Made by a program: the position numbers and the translations under genes
Source of the DNA: Bacteroidia bacterium
GTDB lineage: Bacteria; Bacteroidota; Bacteroidia; AKYH767-A; 2013-40CM-41-45
Assembly (NCBI GenBank): GCA_046330055.1
Contig: JAXLTM010000004.1
Span: 2,547 to 66,546, forward strand
Direction of reading: 5' to 3'
Length of the DNA: 64,000 bases
The notes under the pieces: model-generated
What the model saw: the letters and a program-made list of their open reading frames with translations, nothing else
The model's database searches: none
What the model was told of the DNA's origin: nothing
Shown here: positions 54,315-64,000 of the stretch, piece after piece
Layout of the letters: each line of letters starts with the position of its first letter
Position numbering within the stretch: the first letter of the stretch is position 1

Positions 54315-56552
54315 TTAATGTATCACACTGATGCCGGTATTATAAACGCCTTTGTCGGTAATGCAACGGAGATGATACATGCCGGTGCTGAGCGAAGAAA
54401 GCGAAATATTTGTGTGCGAATTTTCAGTGCGACGGAAATACACTTCTCTTCCGGCGGCATCGAAAATGCTGATGGAACGAATTTGTAAATCGTGGCTGTA
54501 CACATTCAGCTCTGTACTTGCAGGATTAGGATACAGGAGAAAATGTGAAGTGAGATCAGCTTCTGCAATGGCATTGTAATTCGGATCGATTGTTACGGTG
54601 TCGTTCTGACGCGCAACAGGAAGTACCATCTGAGAATAAGTAATGGCATTCACATTTGTCAATCGGAACAATGCATCAGTAACAGTCGAAATATTGTCAA
54701 CTACCACTACATCGAACATTCCAAGATGCCCGATTCCGTTTCCGACATTATTATGATCTGTGCGAGTCAGTGCTACATCAATTCTTCCAATCGTCGGGAA
54801 ATGACGAACAAAAGCAATCATATCTGAACCGAGTGTTCCCAACCAGGAACCTGTCCAGTCCATGACAATGGAATTGGTATCAATTAAAGTAGGATCGTAT
54901 TCGAGTGAGAAGGCAATGCCGTACATACTGTCGACAGGAAGCTGGTTTGTTCCCATTTGGATGTCGACGTGAACGCTGCCGCTTGGCAATACCGTATCAG
55001 GAAATGCTTCCAGATAAAGTGGCGGTGCATTGACGGCATCGGTCGTATTCACCGGACCTGCATAACGGGCGGGATGATTGAGTCCGTAGTTCTGAGAAAT
55101 AGCAATTGTATCTGACAAATCTACTACACCGTTTCCGTCGCAATCGGCATGTTTCATATTTACTCCTGTGTTGAAGTAATGCGTGAAATCCTGCACCGGT
55201 TGTGCTGTCCATGATGTGCTTGCACCACTTCTTACCGGACCGGTTTCATTCATTGCCACACCGATGTTGAGGATGTCAAGATTATCACAATTGAGATCGT
55301 AGTTGGCATCACCCGGCCACACATCGGAAGTAACTGTGCACGGAGTGAATTGCCATCCGGTATTTCCTCCGAGATCCACACAGCCGTTTCCTGCAAAGCA
55401 TTGTGCTGTACCAAACATCTGCATGTTTTCGAGTAGTGCATTGCTCAAACAAACATCGTTGCCATTTACAGTGAAATTTAAAAATGAAGAACCTTTCAAA
55501 TAACATGGAAATGCTGCAGTACCATTTGAAAGCAACAAATTATTCACCTGAATATTCCCTTGCAGATTGGTGATTTGTCCGGGGTTGTTGAAGAATAATG
55601 TATCAATGACGAAAGCTCCTCCCATCGTTGTATAATCAAAGAAGATGGCTTTACCAATGGTATCGGGACTCACACCGTTTGCAGTGATTTGTGTAAGACC
55701 GTACGCAATAAGCTGATTACACTTAAACGGCACCGACCAGAAAGAAGCATTTGGCATAAGTGCTGTAATGTTGTGAAACGTGCCGCCCGTGCGGAATGTA
55801 TTTCCAAATGAATAATAACCGGGAGCGAAAACATCCATGATGACATCGGTCGATTTGGAATTGATCACCGTTCCATCCAGTTGAAGGTGTGTAATAGTAA
55901 GAGTGAGCGGACCTAATTCGATGGTTGTACCGACACTGCTTATAATTCTCGACGATTTAATATCGTGATTTTGTGCATTGAATCCGCCGCTGAGCAGTTG
56001 AATATCCTGAGCAATTAAATCATCATCGATCAAAACCGTACCTGTTCCGTCGAATACCAGGTTCAATACCGTATTTCCGGCTACATGAAAAACAACATTC
56101 TGAGATCCGCCTGCACGAAGTGTCAGATTGGTCAACCCCCAGTTCATCGCAGGAGCCAGGGTAATTGCTCCATACACCGTAAGAGAACTTCCGTTGATTT
56201 GAATATCATTTCCGGCATTTGTAAAATCAATTGACTTGCAACTTGCATTTGAATTATCAACTGATACAGTACCTGAAGCTACACCGGAGGAAGCATCGAA
56301 AATAATGTCATCATTCAATGTCGGCAGACATTCACCGCCTGTGCCGCCGCTGCTTAACGACCAATGTAACGGATCACTCCAGTTTCCGCTTCCTCCAACC
56401 CAATAGAGAGTACGAGGGGACGAACCTGTGATTGTCCAGCCGCTGTTACCTCCGGCATCAATACTATTCGTTGCCGTAAAACTTGCACCTCCGGAAGCGG
56501 CAATGCCGGATAAACTTACATAGCTCACGGAAACGTTTCCACTATTGGTACA
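54315..56552 (-). pseudogene. C-terminal part of a modular T9SS adhesin (module 3, cohesin/dockerin-like region, CTD), severed by IS insertion
   Basis: The frame is open right up to the IS boundary (..CTNSGNVSVSYVSLSGIAASGG). Has a YWVGGSGNWSDPLHWSLSSGG module start, DCDGNGVVDLSD (dockerin-like), and CTD LLYPNPASTELNVY...STGMYHL. Confidence 0.8.
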
Positions 56553-56615
56553 TGGCTGACTTTTTCGGACAGGTTAAAAATAGATTTTATATCTTAACCT
56601 CAATGAAAAACAACA

Positions 56616-56877
56616 ATGAAAAAGTCAAAATTCACAGAAGAACAGATTATTTCCATTCTTAAGGAACAAGAACAAGGATTGAAAGTGGCAGAGATTTGCC
56701 GTAAGCATGGCATAGCCGATCAAACATTTCACAACTGGAAAAAGAAGTATGGCGGTCTTTCTATGAACTTCGCCGTTGAAAGAACTGGAACAGGAGAATA
56801 GCCGACTCAAACGAGCAGTTGCAGACCTGACACTGGACAATCAAATTCTTCGGGACGTCAACTCAAAAAAATGGTAA
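56616..56877 (+). pseudogene. IS3-family transposase OrfA, 1-nt frame break as sequenced
   Basis: MKKSKFTEEQIISILKEQEQGLKVAEICRKHGIADQTFHNWKKKYGGLS, then a shift to LKELEQENSRLKRAVADLTLDNQILRDVNSKKW. The break is at the AA run 56766-56767. Confidence 0.75.
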
Positions 56878-57683
56878 CGGCCGAGCATAAGGAGCAATGC
56901 GTTACTTATGTTGTGAATACCTACCAAGTAAAGCATGCTCGGGCGTGTAGATTATTTAATTGTTCCAGAAAGAACAGATATTATCAAAAGCGAATGCCGC
57001 TCAAAGATGAGCCCATTAAAGAAGCGATTCAAGAAGTTCTTAAAAACAAGAAACGCGGACGTAGAAAGGTGATAAAAATGGTTCAGAAAAATTATCCTCA
57101 ATTTACAGAGAGTAAAATTCGGAGAGTTTATACTCAGAATGGATTTTCTCTGCATAAAAAATTAAAGCGCAGGACAAAAGACAATCCGAAAAACCCAATA
57201 GAAATTGCTCTGGCTCCTAACTTAGAATGGGCAATTGACTTTATGAGTGATTCGCTGGCTACCGGCAGAACTTTCAGAACCTTGAATGTGATTGACCATT
57301 ATAACAGAGAATGTAAAGGAATTCAAATCGGATACAGTTTACCGGCTGTACGAGTAATCGAATTCCTGGAAGAGATTATCTCAACTCATGGAAAGCCCAA
57401 TCGGATTCGCACAGATAATGGACCGGAGTTTACGTCAAAAGCATTTCAACTATGGCTTTGGAATAATAATATTGAATGGAGTAAAATCCAAAAAGGAAAG
57501 CCACAGCAGAACGCAATTATTGAACGATTCAATAAAACCGTTCGGGAGGACTTGTTAGACGCAAACTTATTCTTCAGTCTGGAACACGCGCACGAACTGA
57601 AAGACGAATTTGTTCGTGAATATAATTGCGAACGTCCGCATGAATCATTAAACGATAAAACACCAATGGAATATGCTGCGTAG
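56871..57683 (+). CDS. IS3-family transposase OrfB (DDE/rve)
   Basis: WAIDFMSD, IRTDNGPEFTS and QQNAIIERFN form the DDE triad context. The ATG lies within the A7/TGG overlap with orfA. Confidence 0.85.
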   Translation: MVTAEHKEQCVTYVVNTYQVKHARACRLFNCSRKNRYYQKRMPLKDEPIKEAIQEVLKNKKRGRRKVIKMVQKNYPQFTESKIRRVYTQNGFSLHKKLKRRTKDNPKNPIEIALAPNLEWAIDFMSDSLATGRTFRTLNVIDHYNRECKGIQIGYSLPAVRVIEFLEEIISTHGKPNRIRTDNGPEFTSKAFQLWLWNNNIEWSKIQKGKPQQNAIIERFNKTVREDLLDANLFFSLEHAHELKDEFVREYNCERPHESLNDKTPMEYAA

Positions 57684-57872
57684 GTTTTCTTCAGGCATGG
57701 TCCCTCTGAAATGTAAAAAGCAGGCACAACTTGTACCTGCCTTTGTTACGACATTTCGTCGGGCGAACCTATCCCTGGCAAGTTGCACCTCTGCAGAGCT
57801 CGCTTCCGTTTTAGTTCAAAACAATATTCAGCGGATTAAACTATATTTACAAACTGTCGAAAAAAGCAGCCA

Positions 57873-59941
57873 TGTTCATATTCCTTACAATCGATGAACT
57901 TGAAGAGGCAGAAGAGGATTGAATTGTCACCATGCCGTTACAGTTGGCATCTACCTGCATGTGAGCATTGATGGTAAATGCTTCCTGCGTTCAGTGTGAC
58001 AGTAGAGCCGATTCTGCAAAAAGAGTGAGTCGGCCTGATTATCACCCTGTGTTTTCCAAATCACCTGTAACATAAAATGATTTGAAATAATTTCCGTGAG
58101 TCATTAAAAAACTCTGATCGGCCACAACAAGATTTGCCGTTACGTTTGTATCACATGAACCGCCAATCGGCCAATAAATTTATCATATCACCGCTGTTGT
58201 ACAATGTGCCATTGTTTTGATCAAAATCAGCGTAGTTGAAGTCGAGCCGGTCTGCAAACCACGAACCATAATTCCCCCTGCATAGATGGTCGCATTAGTC
58301 ATATTTACTTCAGCGTTCGGATTAGATGAAAGCACTCCTACCTGAATGGCATGACCTCCTAAATTCAACACTCCAATACTGCTGACAAGCGTATTGATTC
58401 GCGTTGAGTCGGTAATTGTATATTCTCCTCCGCCAACTACTTCTACCCAGTTAAAGGAATTTCCTGAAGTTGTAAAATGCATTCCGGTGTTTGGCGAATT
58501 CAAATGAAGCGTTGTATTCGGCCACAGGATCGGCGACAATACGTCGAAGTTACCATACACATAAAAATTATCGCCGGAGAATGACGGAACTGCAGTGAGA
58601 CCGCTGATAGTTACATCGCCGGCTGATGCACTTGTTCCAAAATTCACAGTCGCACTGCCTGAAAACGATAATGCATCAAAGAAAACATTATCGGCCTCAT
58701 TCGGACTACAAACGGTTGGTGCTCCGCCGCTGGTGAGCGACCAGTGATTGACATCGCTCAGTCTCCGCTTCCGCCTACCCAGTACATGTTGCGTGGCGTA
58801 ACACCGGTAATTGTCCAGCCGGTATTATTTCCTGCATCAAATGAGTTGTCAGCTAAAAACGTTGCACTGCCGTAGCATTTATACCATAGATTTTTACATA
58901 ACTGATATGGACGTTCGATGATGTCACATTCAATGTTGCTGAAGCACCGCTTCCGATGCCTCCGCCTATCAATGAGCCGAAACTGTTACAATCGCCCAGC
59001 ATTTGAAAGGATCCGCTTACACTCAAAGTCACACTCTGTTGCAGATATACATCCTTACCGGAAAAATTAACAAAGTTACCACTCACCACATAGCTCGAGC
59101 CGGGAAATACTCCATCGGTTGCATTCACACTCTGAATAATTGCATTGTTGCCTGAGTACACATAATTAGCAGTGATACCTCTGACTGCACCGCTGGTGAA
59201 TATGACAGAGTCAATTGCAGAGAAGCAATTCACTGCAGTTAAATCAACTAATGGTGCATCGGATTTAATTACAAATTGTGAAGAGTTCAGAATGTTGCCA
59301 TTGATATTAATTTGTCGTGCGTAGAGATCGGTTGGTAATCCGTGGATAAATAATGTCGACTGGCCGGCATCCATCGCTGCTGTTCCGGCTTTGGTAAAGG
59401 AGTAGCAACTCAAATCATATCCATTGCAATCCAACGTTCCATATTCAATATCGATTTGATTGCCTGAACTAAGATCGCTTCCAAGTTGATAGGTTGCAGT
59501 TCCTGTTTGTGTCACACCTGAAAAAGTTTTGCCGAATGTGCTGAGCACATTTACGCCTGAGTTTGACGGCAATTTCAATTCAAGGTAAGTAACATCCATT
59601 CCGGTATCTAAAACCAGTGAGCCATAAAGATTCAACGCACCTCCGTTTCCGGAAAATTCCGGATGGTTGGTTACACCGGCCCAGGTCATATTATGACAGA
59701 AATAGAATGTAGAATCGAATAGCAACTTTTGTCCGGGAGCTGTAAACGAGTTGGCGTCAATTACGATATCATCATTAATCGTCGGTATGCCGGACTGAAA
59801 CACATTACCGCCACTTGTGGTTGCCCAGTGATTTGCAAAATCACTCCAACTGCCGGTACCCCCGACCCAATAGAAGGTTGCTGCCCTGGTGGCAGATGAT
59901 AGCAGCAGGATGAGTAGCGACAGAGAGGTAAACTTTTTCAT
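57873..59941 (-). pseudogene. N-terminal part of the modular T9SS adhesin (signal peptide, module 1, module 2), with several frame breaks
   Basis: MKKFTSLSLLILLLSSATRAATFYWVGGTGSWSD starts at 59941. Module 2 (MYWVGGSGD-WSDVNHWSLTSGG) starts near 58775. ORFs 58853-60040 and 58183-58647, plus unlisted frames, read consecutively. Confidence 0.7.
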
Positions 59942-59986
59942 AAGCAGGTATATTAATCGGGTATGACAAGATACATTTTCACGATA

Positions 59987-59994
59987 CAAACATA
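59987..59994 (-). promoter_or_regulatory. Candidate -7 box TATGTTTG for the adhesin gene
   Basis: Perfect TAnnTTTG match on the minus strand, 45 nt upstream of the ATG at 59941. Confidence 0.35.
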
Positions 59995-60129
59995 TTCCGA
60001 ACCTCAGGAAATAAAAAATACATTTTAATGCGTTTGCCACCTACCTTTTTTCATGAATTTAACACTTTTACCCATAAATGCCTATTTTTTTATTGATTTT
60101 TTGCCTGTTTGCCGAATAGCTGATTTTTG

Positions 60130-60137
60130 TATATTTG
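60130..60137 (+). promoter_or_regulatory. Candidate -7 box TATATTTG
   Basis: Perfect TAnnTTTG match, 16 nt upstream of the ATG at 60154. Confidence 0.45.
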
Positions 60138-60153
60138 ACCAACCCCGCCAACC

Positions 60154-61566
60154 ATGCGCATTTTCAAGGTATCTGAGCTCCTGTCTGCACTCAAGCCACA
60201 TGAAAAAACGGCTTTCGGTGATTTCCTGCGCTCGCCATTTCATAATCAAAACGGGACTTTGCCGCAACTGTATTCGTTATTGCTCGAAGACTCTTCCCTG
60301 CACCTTGAGGCCAACAGAAAAGACATCTACCGACATTTGTTTCCGGGGAAAAATTATAGCGACAAAGAAGTACGCTACATTTTTACAGAATTCAATCGCT
60401 TGCTTGAACATTTCTTTGCCATCCGTGAATTCGAAAAAGACAGCAGAGAATATTTGCTCACTACTCAGCGTGCCTTGTTAAAGAGAAAAGCCGGCAAGGC
60501 ATATGCACATGCACGACTTCGCTTTAACGGCCTGGAGAAAACCGAAAACGCTTACTATTATTTAGACCGGTTTCGTGCTGCTGAATTATTTCACAGCTTT
60601 CAGAGCTCATCGCTATCCCGCTTGAGTGAAAGCGACTATGATGAAATCCTTTCCGGTCTCGACAAATTTTACTTCCTGCGGAAATTACAATTGCAGTGCG
60701 AGCTTGTCAATTTGAAAAACATTCTGAAAAAAGAATACAACAACCAACTGATCCGCGAAATTTCTATTCTTACCGTTGCCTACAACTATTTCAATTCACC
60801 GTTTCTTGAAATTTACTATCACATTCTTCAGATGCTGACAATTGACGACGAAGAAACAGAGAATCATTTCAATTCTGTCGTCCTTCTGATCAAAAAGCAT
60901 CAGAGTAACTTTCCTGTTGCCGATGTAAATTACATTTATCAGTACGTAAAGAATTTTTGTATCCGCAGAATCAATAAAGGTGAAGATGCTTACCGGCAAA
61001 AGCTCTTTGAAATTTATAAAGAGATTTTATCGAACAGGCGAATCATGAACCACGATTACTTTTCTCCGTTTGAGTACAAAAATATCGTCACACTTGGTCT
61101 GCGACTGAATGAAGACAAATGGGTAAAACAATTTATTCCGAAATACATTAACTACCTCCCTCCTGCCGACCGCAAAAATGCGCTGACCTACAATACCGCT
61201 ATGCTGAATTTTTATCTGAAGAATTACCGAATGGTGATCAAAGGTCTGCAGGAAGTTGAATTCACCGATCTTTATTATCAAATGGACTCCCGCTCCATCC
61301 TCCTGAAAGTTTATTTTGAAACCGACGAAACAGAAACTATGCTCCACCATATTTCCGCTTTCAAAATCTTCTTACGGCGCAATAAACTCATTTCCGATTT
61401 CCAACGAAGTATTTACCAGAATTTCATTCGCTATACATTGAAAATATTCCGCGCCGGCCAAAGTAAATCCAAACTTGAAAAGCTGCGCTCCGAAATCCTT
61501 TCTGCCGGAAATATTTCGGACAGGAATTGGTTGCTGGAGAAGGTGAATGAAGAATTAGCAGATTAG
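60154..61566 (+). CDS. Hypothetical all-alpha protein (470 aa), no family recognised
   Basis: Long uninterrupted ORF with helical-repeat-like composition and no signal peptide or TM segment. Its stop codon lies in an ATTAGC-word array. Confidence 0.6.
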   Translation: MRIFKVSELLSALKPHEKTAFGDFLRSPFHNQNGTLPQLYSLLLEDSSLHLEANRKDIYRHLFPGKNYSDKEVRYIFTEFNRLLEHFFAIREFEKDSREYLLTTQRALLKRKAGKAYAHARLRFNGLEKTENAYYYLDRFRAAELFHSFQSSSLSRLSESDYDEILSGLDKFYFLRKLQLQCELVNLKNILKKEYNNQLIREISILTVAYNYFNSPFLEIYYHILQMLTIDDEETENHFNSVVLLIKKHQSNFPVADVNYIYQYVKNFCIRRINKGEDAYRQKLFEIYKEILSNRRIMNHDYFSPFEYKNIVTLGLRLNEDKWVKQFIPKYINYLPPADRKNALTYNTAMLNFYLKNYRMVIKGLQEVEFTDLYYQMDSRSILLKVYFETDETETMLHHISAFKIFLRRNKLISDFQRSIYQNFIRYTLKIFRAGQSKSKLEKLRSEILSAGNISDRNWLLEKVNEELAD

Positions 61567-61728
61567 CAGATTAGCTAATTTGCTAATTTGCCAATTCACC
61601 TTTACAAACTCCATTCTTATAAAGACTGAGCACACTTTATTGCTGAAGAAATAATTTAAGTCTCATATTAGCGTATTAGCTAATGAGCTAATTAGCTAAT
61701 TAGCTCATTAGCTAATTGATTTTAACAA
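61553..61728. repeat. Two ATTAGC(T/A)-word arrays in the convergent gap
   Basis: 61553-61595 reads attagcagattagcagattagctaatttgctaatttgccaatt. 61666-61728 reads attagcgtattagctaatgagctaattagctaattagctcattagctaattg. Confidence 0.9.
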
Positions 61729-62734
61729 ACTCCACCCTCCTGTTATTCCCCCTCCCTTCCGGAGTGCTATTCTTATCGATCGGAGCAGATTCACCGTAGC
61801 CTTTGGTTTGCAGTTGGGATTCCTTTACTCCGAGACTGACGAGGAGTTCTTTTACTGCCTGTGCACGGTGATCGGACAGTGTAAGATTAGAAGCATCATC
61901 TCCATCGCTGTCGGTGTGACCGCCGATTTCGAAAACAGAGGCCGGGTTTGCCTTCAGAAAAGAAACGAGTTCATTGATGACTCCCATGCTTTCGGGTTTG
62001 ATCACCCATTTGTTGACATCAAATTTAATGGCATGTGTCACAAATTTTCCGTTCGTGAGTTTGACGGCTTTGTCTTGCAGAGATTCTGCAAGCCGAAAGT
62101 TCTTCAAAAGGATTTTCATATCCTGGCTCGTGTTGCCGGTAACAACGACCTTATCAGGTGAGACCTGACAATCGGCTAAATCAATTTGCTTGTATTGATC
62201 AAGATAAACAGTCAGATGCTTTTTGGAATAGCCAATTGAGATGTGCACCCAGCGATCGTAAAATTTGTTTTCTCCAAAATAGGCTTCCGGATTATCTTTT
62301 GCCTGCCGTACATCATTCGGACAAGAAACTGTCAGCTCGTGTTTGTTAGGAGTAATCACTGCTTCCTGATCACCATTCATCAAATGAATTTCTATGCCAG
62401 GATTTCCATCGTAACCATGATCCAGCCAGGTGTCGTATTCAATGGTAAAAGCATCCGGAAGTTTCGACCCGACCGGTAGCTTTGGTGACATCTTCGTATA
62501 ATATTCCAAAATTGAAATTACTTTTTCTTCACCGAAACTAATCACACTTGCCTTTCCTCCTTCGACTGTCCAACCAGCGGGAGGCAGATCTGATTTGTCA
62601 GTTTGCAGGTTATCTTCAAAAATTGTTTTCTCTCCCGGAATAAAATCAAAGCTCTTGTATTCACTTGTGCTTTGTGCTGAAAGAAGATTAACCAAGCACA
62701 AACTTATAAATGCTAATGAAAGCTGCCTTTTCAT
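61712..62734 (-). CDS. OmpA-family protein (signal peptide, N-terminal domain of unknown type, C-terminal OmpA/peptidoglycan-binding domain)
   Basis: 340 aa. The C-terminus GHTDSDGDDASNLTLSDHRAQAVKELL...NRRVEFV is the OmpA_C pattern. Confidence 0.85.
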   Translation of the reverse strand: MKRQLSLAFISLCLVNLLSAQSTSEYKSFDFIPGEKTIFEDNLQTDKSDLPPAGWTVEGGKASVISFGEEKVISILEYYTKMSPKLPVGSKLPDAFTIEYDTWLDHGYDGNPGIEIHLMNGDQEAVITPNKHELTVSCPNDVRQAKDNPEAYFGENKFYDRWVHISIGYSKKHLTVYLDQYKQIDLADCQVSPDKVVVTGNTSQDMKILLKNFRLAESLQDKAVKLTNGKFVTHAIKFDVNKWVIKPESMGVINELVSFLKANPASVFEIGGHTDSDGDDASNLTLSDHRAQAVKELLVSLGVKESQLQTKGYGESAPIDKNSTPEGRGNNRRVEFVKIN

Positions 62735-62778
62735 AATGCGATGTTATTTAGCGGTAAAAATATTGCTTTTTCTCAATT

Positions 62779-62790
62779 CAAATATATTTG
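62779..62790. promoter_or_regulatory. Palindromic double -7 box CAAATATATTTG (TATATTTG on both strands)
   Basis: Self-complementary 12-mer between divergent genes. It lies 44 nt upstream of the OmpA-family ATG and about 108 nt upstream of the GTG at 62899. Confidence 0.4.
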
Positions 62791-62898
62791 AAGTCATATG
62801 CTCATAAGTTAATTTGAGAGAGAACTCCATAGTATTTGAATTTACCATCACCATCCGGCGTAGAACCCATCACATCTGAATTTGTTACATTCGCCCCT

Positions 62899-64000
62899 GT
62901 GCATTCAAGTCACTCCATAAAACTCTTCGTCGTCTCCATTGTATTGCTACTGGTCCTTCCCTGGCTAATGCAGGAAGGAATGTTTATGGATGGAATGATT
63001 TACGCAACAGTGGCGAAAAATTTAGCGAATGGAAGCGGAACCATATGGGATCTCCATCTCACCGATTTTGTTTCGCCACACTATCATGATCAACCACCAC
63101 TGACAATCTGGTTAACCGCAGGGCTTTTCAAACTAATCGGTAATTCCATATACACCGAGCGACTTTACAGTTTACTGATGTTGCTTTTGAATTTAATTCT
63201 CCTCAGAGCAATCTGGAAAACAATTTTCAGGAATACCGAAACATCACATCTGTGGTTTCTGCCGGTTTTGTTATGGATCATCCCTCCTGCCTGCTTTTGG
63301 TCGTATACCAATAATATGGAAGAAAATACTGTGAGTGTTTTTTCCCTTCTTGCATTTTACTTTCTTTCAAATATCATCTTTCAAAAAAAGAACATTGTAA
63401 CTTTCTCCATACTTGCCGGCTTATCAATCTTTCTTGCCGGTATGAGCAAAGGAATACAAAGCACCTTTCTTCTGGCTTCGCCTTTTTTCTTTTTCATTAT
63501 GGGCAAAAGTGATCGAACCCTATCAATAAAAATCATTTTAATTACGTGGGCGACTTTTCTGGTGTTATCGGTCCTGCTATTTACCTATGAACCTGCTAGA
63601 AATTATTTTAAAGAATATTATACAACCCGCTTAGTTTCTACCTTCAATAATCCCGAAACCGCCACCACTTCAAATCGCTTTTACCTCTTGTGGCGATTGA
63701 CGATGGAAGAAATTTCACCCATACTGTTATGTATACTGATTCTAACTGTAAAACGACCGGAGAAGTCAGCCTTTAAAAAGCAATTCAAAGTAGCAGGAGT
63801 GTTTTTTCTTATTGCCTTATCTGCCACTTTGCCGCTTCTGATTACAAATGAACAAAGGCGCTTTTACCTTGTACCGGCTTATCCGTATTACGCACTTGGG
63901 TTTGCTTATCTGGTATACCCTTCACTTCAAACTCTACTGCAAAAAGCAAATAAAAGAACAACTACTTTCATTTATTCCGTGACGATGGTGATTTTGTTTT
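62899..64000 (+). CDS. ArnT/PMT-like (GT39/GT83-type) polytopic membrane glycosyltransferase, partial (runs off the window)
   Basis: An unlisted open frame runs from 62833 to the window end. DGMIYATVAKNLANGSG...HYHDQPPL resembles the first loop of ArnT/PMT_2 enzymes, followed by many TM segments. The start (GTG 62899 or ATG 62968) is uncertain. Confidence 0.5.
   Translation, partial: MHSSHSIKLFVVSIVLLLVLPWLMQEGMFMDGMIYATVAKNLANGSGTIWDLHLTDFVSPHYHDQPPLTIWLTAGLFKLIGNSIYTERLYSLLMLLLNLILLRAIWKTIFRNTETSHLWFLPVLLWIIPPACFWSYTNNMEENTVSVFSLLAFYFLSNIIFQKKNIVTFSILAGLSIFLAGMSKGIQSTFLLASPFFFFIMGKSDRTLSIKIILITWATFLVLSVLLFTYEPARNYFKEYYTTRLVSTFNNPETATTSNRFYLLWRLTMEEISPILLCILILTVKRPEKSAFKKQFKVAGVFFLIALSATLPLLITNEQRRFYLVPAYPYYALGFAYLVYPSLQTLLQKANKRTTTFIYSVTMVILF

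Larger units (their letters stand above)
56553..57872 (+). mobile_element. IS3-family insertion sequence (1320 bp) inside the adhesin gene
   Basis: IRs are tggctgactttttcggacagg (left) and the reverse complement tggctgcttttttcgacagtt (right), with TG...CA ends. orfA and orfB have an A7 slippery site at 56865-56871. No flanking direct repeat is seen. Confidence 0.8.

Noticed and set aside
60053-60481. 142-aa ORF overlapping the start of the 470-aa gene
   Set aside because: It is out of frame with, and largely contained in, the longer ORF starting at 60154, which has a -7 box 16 nt upstream.

Overview
This is a 64-kb chromosomal segment from a Bacteroidota bacterium. The assignment rests on seven proteins with T9SS C-terminal sorting domains, SprB repeats, a gliding-type C-terminal domain, TAnnTTTG -7 boxes 12-45 nt upstream of starts, and no Shine-Dalgarno leaders. 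I cannot place it more precisely. Gene content, in order:
- a ClC channel and lepA, both broken by frame shifts as sequenced
- a DUF2490-like gene, response regulator and histidine kinase operon, divergent from a czcCBA-type heavy-metal RND efflux operon
- metF, ribE and a large T9SS type-B protein
- an MqnC/MqnE-type radical SAM gene carrying an in-frame TAA
- pepA and pdxA
- a TPR-LuxR regulator
- two paralogous secreted esterase-like proteins separated by an intact IS3-family element
- a TonB-dependent receptor and an SBBP beta-propeller protein
- a 1679-aa P-domain/CotH/SprB-repeat protein
- a biotin-carrier protein and an M1 aminopeptidase
- hipBA, rnhA, kbl and a GxxExxY protein
- an MMPL/RND exporter
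- a two-gene module of a decaheme c-type cytochrome plus a His-rich membrane protein
- a GT87-like membrane protein
- a modular adhesin interrupted by a second IS3-family element
- an OmpA-family protein and a partial ArnT/PMT-like glycosyltransferase

Three observations stand out.
1. Nearly every intergenic gap is filled by tandem arrays of short AT-rich palindromic words (GAATTC+T, AATATT+C, TAATTA+C, AATT+AGCT) and by longer T-run/hairpin/A-run elements. These sit mostly at gene 3' ends and sometimes supply the stop codon.
2. Every apparent frameshift I resolved maps to a homopolymer run, so most 'pseudogenes' here are probably sequencing artefacts.
3. The cytochrome module is bracketed by about 100-bp composite direct repeats.

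I recognised no rRNA, tRNA or CRISPR array.
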